A DNA stretch of 64,000 bases from Paragordius varius. Its lineage: Eukaryota > Animalia > Nematomorpha. The notes below the pieces were generated by a model, which did not search any database, was not told the origin of the DNA, and was given only the letters and a program-made list of their open reading frames with translations. Below are positions 38,601 to 51,923 of this stretch, piece after piece. Positions within the stretch are counted from its first letter, which is position 1. Every line of letters starts with the position of its first letter. The stretch lies in contig OZ176051.1 in NCBI GenBank assembly GCA_964247055.1, positions 8,928,001-8,992,000 of the forward strand, written 5' to 3'. Made by a program: the position numbers and the translations under genes.

Positions 38601-41600
38601 GTCTTTGTCATTATTTATAGTAGAGCTTGGTAAAGGGGGAAGCGGTGCTCTCTTTATTTTTGTTTTGGTAAAATTTTCCAACGATGTATTATCGACGGTT
38701 GCTATTGGTAAATTTAAATTTTCTTCTTTGTTTAATACTTGTTGGTTTGTAATTGATTTCTAAATTCGTAAACGGAAAGTAAGTTTTAGTACCAAAGTAT
38801 ATACCGCAATACCGCCATTACAATACACTTTGCCTTATCTTAGAAATTAATAGTTAAATACATACAGGAGTTCACGTAATATATGAAAATATTCCTTTGA
38901 AATAAAAATTGGATTAATTAATCTTTATTAATATCCCAAATAGTCTCATATTTATAAAACAACCTAAAGTACCTAAAAATATTATATTTTTAAATGTTAA
39001 AAAATGTGTCTGGGTAAAAAAATTATTCTTAAGGAGAGAAATAAATTTAATATGAAAATGACTATTTTATTGGAAATATTAAAGAATATGATTTAAATTC
39101 TCACATCCAAAAAATACCTAGCAAAAAATATCTTATTACTTATGTTTTTAAGATTATGTTATTTTTGGCATTAAATTTTTTCTCAAACCTAATAGCTAAA
39201 GCATATGATTTTATCGATAAAATTATGGTAAAAATATCCTGTTAAATTATCAAAATTTTCGGATTGACTATGAATTTTACATTTTAGATTTTATTATAAC
39301 ATAGGCTTTGTAACTGTATAAAACATAATATAGGTATTGGTAATAGTTATAAAAAAAATATATTTTACTTCTGGATTATGTGGCAATGTTTTGGTTTCGT
39401 TTCCGAAAAAATCTTTATCATGCATTTGATTTGGCCCATTAGAGTTAATAATTGAGTTTTTATGAACTAATTTATGAAATAAAATTAATATTGCATCTTC
39501 AAACAAACAATTAGTATTAAATTTATTACGATGAAGTTGAGAAAGAAGCATGATTTTAACTATAGATTTAACAACCAGAAAAGGCGATCAAAAAATATTT
39601 ATAATATTGAATAATTTTCAATATCTTCAATGAATGCATTTATGTATTTTATATTACAAAAAAGTAGAAGGCAGGCTCCAAGGAAATTGAATATTTACTC
39701 AAAGTTGGCTTTAGCACGTATAAACGGATCAACGACCTTAAATATAGAGAATTTGGGTTGATTATATTTTAGTGAATTTGCAAAAGGTGCCGATACTCTT
39801 CGCAAATATAACTGTATCTGTGTAATAAACAGTGAGCAAGTTCGACGTTGATGCCAGAAGTTTCTGGCGGATTTCCTAGATTCGAGATAAGCGTTTACCG
39901 AAACGCTTATTAACTAGGTGTCTAAAGTTTAAAATAATACAGGTTCGGACTAAATACCATTCTTAATCCCGAGATGTCCACGATTCAGGCTGGTTTTCGG
40001 AAAGGAAGAGGATGCCGAGATATATGCAATATGGGGTGGATACTATAGAAACATTTAAAATATAAAAAAGAACTACACCTGTGCTTTGTCAACTTTTCCA
40101 AAGCCCATCCAACACAATAAACTACAAACATCCAAACAACCGTCGGCTTAGGTCAAGCCTGCGTTTTATGCCCAATTCTTTTTAACGTCTATCTCAAATG
40201 CATAATAAGACATCTGCCAGAAACTTGTGGCATCAACGTCGGAGTTAACTTGCTCACATCTGTTTATTACGCAGATGACACGGTTATATTGCGGCTGAAA
40301 CACCTTATTGCAAATTCTTCAAATTTTTACAATCAAGTGCGAAAAATACGAACTTAAAATTAACTTTACAAACAAAAGTAATTCAAATCAACCCGGCTCA
40401 CAAAATCAATTCAATAATCCCCAGGGATTTGATAGAAACCATTAACAGCAACCCGTTGGCACTATAATAAATAGACAACAATTCTACCCCAGATCGCCAT
40501 TGCAAAATTAGTTACTTTCAAACACAATAAGATTTGGTCACCGCATGATATCAAATTAAAAACCAAAATCAGATTGATCAAGGCAACAGTATTCCCCACA
40601 TTACTATATGTTGTGAAAGCTGTACATTGAAAAAATCGGAGGAACCATTAGTACATTGATTTATGGGTATGGAGGTAACTTCTAAAAACAAAATGGTTAG
40701 ACAAAATACTCAACCCTACTATTTTAAACAGAACTAAGCCCGAAATGCCCCTACTTGGCAGCCTAATGCGCCAAAAACTCTCTTGCTTCGGTTTATGAGT
40801 CCAACTTACTCAAAAAGTCATTGATGCTGAAAGTGAGTGGTGCTCGTAAAAGAGGACAAAAAAGAAATCATTCCATGGATATCCTTGTAACAGACCAAAC
40901 GTCGGCCGAACTAATCGCTAAATCTAATGTAAGCAATTAGTGGAGAAGATATATTTTCGATGTGGCAGTTAGTCAGAATCGACCTTACCACCACCAACAA
41001 CAACATATTTTAGTGCATACAAGATTCTATTTAACATGTTTAATAAATTGATAATTTTGGTACACCTACGGAAATCATTATTTATAGTAACTTCATTTCA
41101 TCTGGCGGTTTAATCGGTATAAGCAAAAAGCAAAAATTGTTTATAAAAACAGGGTGGCTTTGCGTTAAATTTAACGGTTAGGAGCTTTGGATGCCGATAA
41201 ATAACAAGGTTTAAAGCGAAGATACATTATTAGACGATATAATGATAAAATGCAGTATTGTGAATAAAATTAAAATATAGAGCTATGCCATTTTTAAAAT
41301 TTATTTTAATATTGTAATTATAATGCGGGTTTTGTCTTTATTTAAAAAGATTAGCCCATTACAGATGAAATTTAATTTGAATCCAACATGATTTATAAAT
41401 GCCGTTTAAAAATCGTAAATAATTTGAAGTAGAAGGGAGTGTAAAATGAAGTTAGGATTAAATTGGAGTTACGTTAATGTTTGATCAGTAAGTATGGTTA
41501 GAGCTATGACAAAGACAGTGTAATATATTGAGCCATTATTTAAAAATATGCACCTAAAAGAACCTATATTTTAAGAAATCGAAGGTAGAAAATCATAAGA

Positions 41601-44156
41601 ACTATACATATAGACAGGGGTGGCCAGTATGCAACCTAGAAAAATTTGGATCCATAAGGAAAAGCTTAGTATAATTGATACTCCTTAAATAATTTTAGTA
41701 GGTCTACCTAATTGGCAAAAACCAGTAAAAATTGCTAATTGTGTTTGATTTTTTCCGTCTAACGTTTTAAACCAAATAAATTATTTATGTATGCCCTAAT
41801 CACTTTCAAGTGCGGCCCGCGATGCCATTTGTTTTGCCCTGATCTAGACAAAAATTAATATACGAGACAAAATAAAATTTCAAGTACAGAGTGATCAAAG
41901 ATTAACACATAATAGTGTTTAAGCAACAACTTAACCAACGGATTTAAAACTCCTAATCTTCAAATTTATTAAATAACCTGAATACATGATGACTTAAAAT
42001 AATAACATTTCAAATGTATCGCAGAATATAAAAGAGTGAATAAAAAACAAACTTAACGCGATAAACATATTATATAATTTGATTTTAGCATTAAAATCAA
42101 AAATAAATTAATTGAGATTTGACAACGCCATTATTTAATTCACAAGTAATAAATTATCAAAATGTTTTGAGTAAATTGTTAAATCATAAATTTGTCTCAA
42201 TGCTTTTAATGCTTCAATGCTTGATTATTCCCCAACCCCTAATACATTACAACAAAATATTTAACTAACATAATTAGGTTTAAAAAAATATTTATTGATC
42301 CTTAGTATATTAAATTTTGTAAGATTTATACCCAGAGGATTTGGTGTATCATCAACACTCTTATTTTGTGAATCCGAGCGCAATAGAAGATAGAGTTCGG
42401 TACATAGATTATAATCCCTCATCGATTTATCCAAATCGAGCACAGGACTACTAACATTATTTTCAATGCTAGAATACTTGTTGTCATCAGACGACATGTT
42501 AAAATTAACAGTGCTGACAAAACAACATTGATGCGGTTTACAAATTTGAGATTCTTGACACACGCGTTTGCGGATACAATGTAAGGGTTCATCTAAACTG
42601 GCTCTAACAACGTACTTTTTGCCAAGGCTGAGAGGGAGTATACTTATCAAAACTCGCTGTGTAACCTAGTTGGTATGTATGCAACAATTCCATATATAAA
42701 ACTACCAAACTTTTTATTTCAAAACCGTTTTGTAATCCAAATTTTTTTTATTAACTATTTATCGATATATACCCCTGGTAATTTATTTTTAATATTGTAC
42801 TTAATTGAATAACAAAGTGTTTTCAATTTTTAAAATAAATATTAATTTTGGTGGCTTATTCTATCAAAAAATTAGGATATTTGTAATTTAAAAACAGAAA
42901 TCACAACCATTTAAAAACAATGGATTCGGAATCGAACCAAATTTTTCCGCGAAAAATCAGTTAGATCTAGAACTTTTTTCTTAATAAAAATCGGGTACCA
43001 TTTTGTCTGTACTTTTTAAAATATATAAGGAAAATGTTTTTCATCAAATTTTTGATAAATAACACTATAGTTATCTATTTTCATAATTAAATCTTAGATG
43101 TAATTTGAAGAATTTCAATTGCATTAAATATGAAATAAAGGTGTTAGTTAATATTAAATATTGTATTAAATGTTAACAAAAGCTTTTTGACTTTTTAATT
43201 ATCATTAAATTATTGTTATAATAAACATTGGAATTATATTACATTGCTCTTATCGTAAAACTCATAAACCTACTTTTTCGAGACTGAATGCGTTTTTAAT
43301 CCATGTTTTTTTTAATACTTTTGAATAATGCAAATAAAACTATATTAAAAATTATCCAAAGTTGACATTTTTAGAGCAGAAAAGTCAAAAATTAAGAGAT
43401 GCAAAAATTAAAAAATATCTCATTTTGTGATTTCAAACAATTTCTCAGAGTTGCTAATTACTAGTTTAATGTTAATGGTGTTGACAAATAAATTATGTAT
43501 AATTTAAAATTTCATAGCCTTATTGCATGCGTAGTTACCTCAAACGGAATCGAAGAATATGACGTGTTAAATTCGGATATCTTTCGATAAGTCCCATCAT
43601 TAGATTGTGCTACTTTTGACGACATGGATGAAAAGGAATTTATTTTACTGACTTTGCGACCACCACCATTTTCCATTTGAATATTTTTATTTTGAGTTTT
43701 TTCATTGTTCACATCAATAATAATAGCAGGATTACTAGAACGTTCCTTCGTGAAAGAGTTACATTTCAATGAATCAATATAACTCTTTTCTTGTTGACAA
43801 ATGGTCAGTTTATTACTCATAGAGTAATGTCCATTTATTTTTGCATGTCTGACATGGTTTGCATTGTTGTTAGGGTTAAAATCTTGTATGGATTTATTAT
43901 GGGTATATTTATTCTTTTCGACAATCTGTACAAATTCTACCAAAGGAGATTGTGTTGAAGGGGATGAACCGCGAGTTTTTAACATTCCAAGTTTCCAACA
44001 AGGTTTACAACTTTCCAGGGTTCCGTGATGCCCGATAGGAGCTAAAACTGAATAGTTTGTTGCAGGTCCTAACTTGTATCGGGCGCATGTTGCAATCAAA
44101 AAATCCATAATTGGTGTACTAATCATATATATATATATATATATATTGGTGTACTA

Positions 44157-44195
<39 letters not shown>

Positions 44196-44570
44196 ATTGT
44201 TTTTGAGTAATGTTTAATTGTAAATATACAGTTTTTATTGTAATAATTCAAATTTAATATTTCTACAAATATAATTTAATAATGACAAAGTTTTATTTTT
44301 TTCATTGTTTTGGCCCATTATAAGTATCCAGATACCAGATTATCCTAATTTAGTAGGGCAAACCCAATATTGGTCCAATAAAAAAATATTCAGCGCCGTC
44401 ATAAAAACAAGACATTTAAAAAATCGGTCATATTTTTGCACAATTATTAAATAATTAAAATTCTAAAAATATAAGTTTTACTTTTCATCAATGGGAATAT
44501 CCACAAAAGTATCCGTATTTCCATTTGCAAAAGGATGATTTACATGAAATTTTGGTATCAAAATTTTCAT
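32674..44570 (-). CDS. Cordon-bleu-like (COBL/COBLL1 family) actin regulator, ~1247 aa, 12 predicted exons: 44570-44482, 44118-43539, 42665-42332, 39466-39369, 38759-38411, 38299-38174, 38083-37931, 37863-37624, 35096-34781, 34717-33684, 33178-32778, 32697-32674
   Basis: Two Cobl-type ubiquitin-like segments (NTPIMDFLIATCARYKL..CKPCWKLGML; KKYVVRASLDEPLHCIRKRVCQES..VLDLDKSMRDYNLCTELY). KRAP-like motifs KIKRAPLPPLP and KKASAPKPPKP. Terminal WH2 NRDTLMKQIRSCGGKNMLK. All junctions are GT-AG and phase-compatible. The low-complexity middle exons are less certain. Confidence 0.8.
35560..36790. mobile_element. Second foldback-like family element (~480-bp inverted arms) in a COBL-like intron
   Basis: 35600-36050 is mirrored by 36290-36760, e.g. 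CTTATGACCAGCG/CGCTGGTCACAAG and ATCGAAATCGGGCAAAAAGTGA/TCACTTTTTGTCCGATTTCGAT. Confidence 0.8.
39950..41004 (+). mobile_element. Highly decayed RTE/BovB-like LINE (no PHD insert) in a COBL-like intron
   Basis: Remnants QAGFRKGRGCRD, LHLCFVNFSKA, LFYYADD, HDIKLKTKIRLIKATVFPTLLY. (CCA)n(CAA)n tail at ~40987-41004. Confidence 0.8.
41615..41841. mobile_element. Buster-type hAT MITE
   Basis: Ends CAGGGGTGGCCA.../...TTTGCCCTG, GCGGCCCGCG subterminal motif, flanks ATATAGAC/ATCTAGAC. Confidence 0.6.
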
Positions 44571-46399
44571 TTTCCCCAGATATCGTTATCTTATAATTGG
44601 GATTTCAGTTCTATATAGAATGCAGGCAGCTTCTTTCGAAAATAAAATATGTTTATTTCAACAAAGGTTTGCAAAAAATTGTATTTGAATGAATATATAT
44701 ATTTTTAAGTAATTTGAATATTTTTATACGTTTGTAGGTATAGAATACATTTTTTATACATACCTGTATTTTATTAAGGTGATACCTAAAAATATTTGAA
44801 AGTGAAAACATTATTATACTTTTTTGTTCTTCATGCATAATAATATGTTATGTCTTTTAATGATAAATTAGATACATAAAATAAACTGTTAGGTCGTCTT
44901 CAAAATGTATAAATTTACTCTTAAAAATAAAACAAAAAAACAATCTTCAAATAATAGTTTTGAAAATGAAATTTGAAATGAATTAAAAAATAATTAAATA
45001 TTATTTCTTAAAAAATTAAATTCTCACATTTTAAGATTAAAAGATAAAATCTCTTAACATACACAAAATTTATTTGAATAATATGTAATTACCTTATAAT
45101 TTTGTGTAATTGAAAATTTGAGTATACGATAGTAACGCTTAGAATTATAACATAATATTTAAAAATATTTTTAGCAAAATTTAACCTTACTCAATATTGA
45201 TTTTACATCGATTTTTTATAAGCCACCTGACCAATGTAACACAAATAATATTTCTTAAACGAAATATAAAATTAAAATTAGGTTCATTTTTTGAGAAAAT
45301 AGGTAAAATTAATAATATACTTGGTGCATTTGAGAGAATTAATATTATGGCATATTACACAAAACTTGGAATTTTATTCTCTCAAAAAATAAAATGAATT
45401 AATACAATTATACATACAGATAAATAAATATTTTTATTTAGTGATGTAGCTATATACAGGTAGATAAAATAAATAATAAATATAAATACATACAAGAAAA
45501 GAAAAGAAAAAAAGAAAGCGTGGATAATAACTGTTGTGAAAAACAGAGATTTCGTAAAACAAACATTTAATAATAAAAGTTTTACAATAATTAGGCTAGG
45601 AGAAGTCACATTTTTTCAATATTTGATATTATAACCTTATTAAAAAATATAGTTTTAAAGAAAGTTTAGTTAATTATTGGGTATATCTTACAGTTTTTGA
45701 TTATGGATTTGTGTATGGATGGTTTATAAAAATTTATATGCAAAATTAATGTAAATGTTCTCACATCTATATTCGGCCAAATGTAGACTAACGAACTTAC
45801 ACGTAACAACAAATTTTTGGATAGCTCTCTATCTCTCTCTAAAAAATACTGCAATATGTTTTGCAAAATTTTTTTATCAAGAATGTCCTACTTACTTTCA
45901 GAGAGTAAAATCTGTGTCAATACTATTGTCATTTTAATAGCTATATATAAAGTCTAAACATTTTAGCAAAATAATGGCAAAAATACCAGAATATAAATAT
46001 AATAATTTGCCTTTATACGCGATCTGCACTCCTAATTAATTTATTACGATCTCATAATTTTGGCGAAAAATAGCTTTAAAAACATACTGTTGAGGGGGTT
46101 TAGGGTATAACCAGCACAACAAATTTAAACAATGTTAACAAAAAAATATTTATTCAGCAATGATCTTAGTGTAAAAAAACATGCCCAATTATTGGGTGAA
46201 ATACGCAAAAAAGTTTTATTATCGACATCAGGTATATAAATAATAAAAAAATCTTTATAATTTTATCCTTATGTAGTAAAGAGGTTTGACTTACATACAT
46301 TTGTAAAATTCCTATATATAATGCATAACCTGTGATGCAGTTGATCACTGTGATGAGTGTAATTTGTCCTTATGGAGTAGGTATATATGGCTTACTCAC

Positions 46400-49300
46400 A
46401 ATTGGATTGGAGCCTGCGAAGCCGCTATTTGAAAAAAGAGACTCAACAAAATTGTGATCTATATATGTGGATTATTTTGAATCATTTTTTAATATCATAT
46501 CATAGGATTTTCAAACGGTGTTTCATGGAATCTTCACAACTGTGCATTTATACTAATAAATTGTTTAGTGGCGTGAAGGCTCCAAATTGACGGCTAATGG
46601 AAACAATCGCCATACTATCTCCAAAACCACGCCATATTTGTATGGCGTCTCAGTTTTAAACCGGTAGAACCCTACCCATAGACCTATATGGAAAAAGCGC
46701 TGAGTTAAATTCTTTACCTTTATAGGGCAAATATTTGGAATCATCTTTGCCCATCTCATAGGTTATTCAAAAAAATACCTCAACGCTTAATAATCGTTAT
46801 ATGATTGTGTATTTTTAGGTAAAGGCCACAAATTAATATATAATAAAAAAACGCTTTAGTTTTTACCTAGTTACGGGTAATATTTCAAGCTTTTAATGGG
46901 CTCATATGGCTTCATAAATTTTCAAATTAGCTCCAAAACCACGCAATTTCTATATAGTGGCGCAGTTTTTGGTGGGTACTCCTAACCCAGGGGCAGGTAT
47001 AAAAAAGCGTTGGGCAAAATTTTTGCCTTTATTGGGGAATATCTGGAATTATAGATTCCATATGTTCCCATAGGTTCTTGAAAATATTGCTTCAAAACTA
47101 AAAAATTGTTCTATGGCGGCGCATTTTTCAGGGCGTAAAACTTTACTTACTTTTAGATGGGACCAAAATAAACGTGAGATACGGTAAAAAAGGAATTATT
47201 TGTTGTATATGTTGTTATCTTTATATATATATATATATATAATCAAGTATAAATGTATTCAGATATATTAAGGTGAAATGCTTGCCTTTCTACAGTTTAT
47301 TTAAAGTATAATAATAGTAAAACGTGGTGGTGAGGTTAATCTGATAATATAATAATACTACAAACATAAGTTACGAAGTTAATTTATTAATATATTACGA
47401 ATGTTGTTTGTGCGGTTAATTTAATAGTATAATATAAGGTTCAATCAAATTAGCCTGTCACTTACCACTATAACTTCACTACTCCCTTTTAACGAAAGCG
47501 GAAGGGTGTCTGACAAATTCTTGTCGGGTAACGTCTTTTCTGTATTTTTGTGAGAGAGCTGGTTGTCGCAGGTTTGTGGGTATTCTTTTTATTTAGACTT
47601 GCGGTCACCCGTTGAAAGATGATGGGTGCCGTGGTCAGTCCAAACGGCATGCGTTTGTATCTAAAAAAACCTTTATGTGTTGATATAGTTAACAATTCTT
47701 GACACTCTTCTGCCACTGGCATCTGAGGGTAAGCATCTTTTAAATCAATTTCTGTGAATGTGAGACCTTCGCCTATTTTCGACACCAACTCATCAAACGT
47801 GCATTATATGAGAGTCTTCTTGCAACCACTTATTAATCGTTACCCAAAAATCACTGCATATTCTTAATTGGCCATTCGGTTTAAGTACATTAACCGTAGG
47901 CGTGACCCATTCCACAGGTGTAATGTTAGGATCAACCGGTCCAAAATGCCTAAAATTTGTAGCCTTGTCAGATCTTTTTCTATTATCTTAATAGAAAAGG
48001 CACCCTGCGACATGGCCATACTTTCGGGATCGCATTCGCTGCAATGCGAATTCTTACGGGGTCTTTATAACACCCTAACTTATTTTCGAATATGTTTTTA
48101 AAATCTTCGCAAATCTCATTTAATTTAAGATAATTAATTTTAACCTGTGGCATCCCAATCTGGAACTTAGCCATCCAGTCCAGTCCACAGATAAGTGGTG
48201 CCATCCCCATCGTTTTGAGGACACATATGTCCCCCATCATTTGTTTGCCCTTTATATCAAAGTTAACGCATGCTATTCCCATCATTGGAACCGTGGTGTT
48301 GTTGTATGATTTCACCGGTGTCGTCGGTCGTAGTTTGGGTTTACCTATTTGTTCCCACGTTGTAAAATTCATTACACTGATATCTGACCCGGTATCATAG
48401 ATGAAATATTTTTTCAGGACGTTTATTATTAATCTTGTAAGTAAAGGTGTTTGAGCATTTCGACCTACCTTAACATCCTTTAATAGTTGTCTATTGAAGT
48501 TAGGTGTTTGTCTTTTGGCCACGCACATCCTAACAAAATGGTTCAATTTTCCGCATTTGTTGCACGCTCTCCAGGCTGGACACTTGTTGGGTGGATGTGT
48601 GGTGCCGCAATGCTTGCATGCAGTAGATGATTTTCTTATTGTTTGTCGGTAGGGTTTATTATGTGGTAACCGATTGATATTATTATTGCTGTTACTATAT
48701 CGATTGCTATTATTATTATTTTTACTATCATAGTTATTCTGTAGTCCAGCCCTAGCAACTTATAATTGCGGTTGTCGCAGTCATATTACGACCACATCAC
48801 GTATACGTTCTATGGCTTCAGTGAATTGGGCTTCTTCTGCCTATCTTACACGTTCAAGAAATTGCGTGAAACTTTCACCATCGTTGCGTACCAGCCTAAA
48901 AAATTCAAACCGGCTTTGGAATTTCCATTTCGTCGGGTTGAATATTTTTTGCCCGTTTCCGTAATTTCAGCCCACGTGGCGTCCTTTATTTTCTTAGGGT
49001 ATGGGCGTTGGTTAATCTTTCTCACAATCATGAATCCGCCATATGCTAATATAGCTGATTTAAGCGTTTTTTCGGTTACCGGAATATCCTTTGCCTCAAA
49101 TAGTTTGCTAATATACTCGAGGTAATCTTCGAATTTATTATTATCATTGTATTGTTCTATGAATAGATTGGCAATGCTAGCCTTAGGAGCTGCTATATTC
49201 ATTGGTTCGTCTGTCATTGCGTCTTGGACAGACTGGCCACGGCACCCATCATCTTTCAACGGGTGATGGAACAGGTGCTGGCTGAAAGTCCGGGAACTTG

Positions 49301-51923
49301 CGTATGTTTAGATGACGTCCTAGTGACTGGTAGGACGGAAAATGAGCTAATTAACAATTTAAAAAACGTATTAAGTCGTCTCGATAAGGCCGGATTCAAA
49401 TTAAGACAAGATAAAATAATGATAGGTGCAGAATCAGTAAACTATTTAGAGTTTGAAATATCGAAAAAGGGTTGAGCCCCTGTAAAAGCAAAATCAAGGC
49501 AATTAAGGAACTAAAAAGGCCAGTAGATAAAAAGTACGTAGTTTTTTAGGTTTTTTGACGTTTCATAGACGTTTTATACCAAAATTACAAATGATAGTCG
49601 GTCCCTTACAAGAATTAACTAGTAAAAGATGGTCTTGGACCGAGAAACATGAGGAAAGCTAACAGCTAAGAATTTGTTAAGCGAAAAAGTTTTTTAACAC
49701 CATATAATCCGAATAGGAAATTATTTATAGAAACTGATGCGTCAGATTTAGGATTTGGGTGGATTTTAAGTCATGAGGTTAATCGTGAAAGATTACCGAT
49801 CGCGTATGCCTCACAAAATGTAGCAACGTCAAACGGAATTATTCCACTATCGAGAAGGAATTAAAAGCAATAATGTTTGTGTTAAGAAAGTTTCACAGTT
49901 TCGTATATGGTAGAAAATTTGTATTATTAACAGACCATTTACCTTAAGTAAAGTTAATAAATAGAGATGAAATTTAGAAGAAATACATAATGCTTAAGTG
50001 CTAAAATGGATTAATATAATAAATGAATACGATTTAAATAACTCATCAAAAGGGAGCTCAAAATAGAGCTGATTATTTATCGAGATGGCCGATTGACGAG
50101 ATCGATGCCTATGATGAAGATTATGCGGTTACCAGATACCTGAGATTTTTGAATTGTCATAACGTGCGGTTAAGCAGAAATGAAGTTAAAAGAAACCATA
50201 TTAGATCCAATATTACAAAAAGTAATTAAAGCTTAAACAACCATGACTGGAGTTCTCCAGAAGAAAAGTTTGTCAACCGTAAAGACGAGTTGGCATATCT
50301 ATATAACTTGTTATTAAATGATCAGATTATAATTCCGAGGCCCTTCAAAAAGAGCTGGTGAGATACCTACACAGCGGTAATAACAATGTAGACACCATGA
50401 AAGCGATGGCCAGAGTTACGTGTTATTAGTCAGAAGCAGAAAATGACACGATAAAAGCCAGTAGTCAGTGCGACGTGCATACGTTATAGGCCGAACCAAT
50501 TTTAGATGGGACCACAAGTAACGTGAGATACGGTATAAAAGGATTAATTTATTGTATATGTAGTTGTTATTAATGATCTATATATATAATATAATCAGGT
50601 ATAAATGTATTTACATATATCAAGGAAATGCTTGTCTTTCTACAGTTTATTCTATGTATAATATTAATAGTAAAACGTAGTGGTGAGGTTAATCTAATAA
50701 TATAATAATACTAAAAACATAAGTTACGAGGTTAATCTATTAATATATTACGAATGTTGTTTGTGTGGTTAATCTAATAGTATAATATAAGGTTCCATCA
50801 ATTAGCCTGTCAGTTACCACTTAACACTTACCGAATCATTAAAATAAAGCCTTATTCTAAAATATTTGTTTTTTAATGTGTAATAAATATTTTAGGCCCT
50901 TATTGAACTCATCTCATATATCTGAAATTTGGCTCCAAAGGCATGCTGTATCGATATGGTGACGCTTTACGCGGGTAGCCCCCTAACCAGGGGCTAAACA
51001 AAAAAACGCTCTATTAATATGTTTGCCTAAATTCGGGTAATACCTGGAATCATGATTGATTTATAGGCTCGTGGAATTTTAAAAATTGCCTCAAAACCAA
51101 AAAGTCATTCTATGGTGGCGCATTTTTCAGGGCAAGGGCCTTATCGAGGTAATTGTATAAAACCGCTTACTTAAATTATTGTCTTTTTAAGGGTAATATT
51201 TCCGGCCCTTATTACACTTAAATGTCATAAGTTATCTGAAAATGAACACCTAAATAACGCAATTGGTGGCGCAGTTTTAGGCGGGTAGCTCCCTACCCGC
51301 TGATACAAAAAAGCGTTTGATTGAAATTTTTGCCTTTTTACGGAGAATACCTGGAATTATGATTGATTTTATATGCTCTCATTAATTTTTGGAAAAATTA
51401 TCGCAAAACAGAAAAATAATTCTATGGTGGCGCATTTTTCAGGGGGGGAAGGGCCTAATTAACGGCTAATATCAAAAAACCCACCTCCTAAATTTTTGCC
51501 TTGTTACTAATAATATTTTAAGCACCTATATGGCCTGATAGGTTTTCTCCCCCAAGGCACGCTATTTCGATATGACGGGGCAGTTTTTAGAGGGTATCCG
51601 TTTACCCAGGAGCCAATATAAAAAAACGCACGACTAAAATTTTGCCTTTTAACAGGGAATACCTAAAATCCTAATCGAATTTTTACGGTCTCGTATCTTG
51701 GGAAATTAGATTCAAAAAATTATTTTTCAAAACGTTTTTCTCAAAAAAACCTTTTTTTACACGGGGTGGACCCTAACTGGGGATCTACTTCAAAAAAGGT
51801 GAAGCTATTGTCGGAGCATTTATTAAAGATTATATTTTTTCGACATTTGGATTTAAATGGGTCTACCGGTTTTCCGGAAACTAATCACAAATCCAGCATT
51901 TTCCATTTTTATAAATTTATAGA
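46400..51923 (-). mobile_element. Long-form Helitron-like element with five ~310-bp tandem modules, interrupted by an LTR element
   Basis: 5' end A|TCTATAAAT at 51923 and a core shared with the short copies (51720-51923). Module anchors at ~51572, 51263, 50955, 46957 and 46640. The segment shared with short copies lies at ~46420-46570. No CTAG 3' end was found. Confidence 0.7.
47151..50827 (-). mobile_element. Ty3/Gypsy-type LTR retrotransposon, rearranged and defective. LTRs at 47151-47479 and 50500-50827
   Basis: Similar ~329-bp direct repeats; candidate TSD TTAC (47147-47150, 50828-50831); PBS-like TTGGTTCGGCC; PPT AAAAGGGAG. Minus strand carries gag with a CCHC knuckle, protease (IYDTGSDIS) and RT (IDLKDAYPQ..RMPFGL). 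Plus strand carries the RT C-half (CLDDVLV), RNase H (ETDAS) and integrase N-terminus. Confidence 0.9.
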
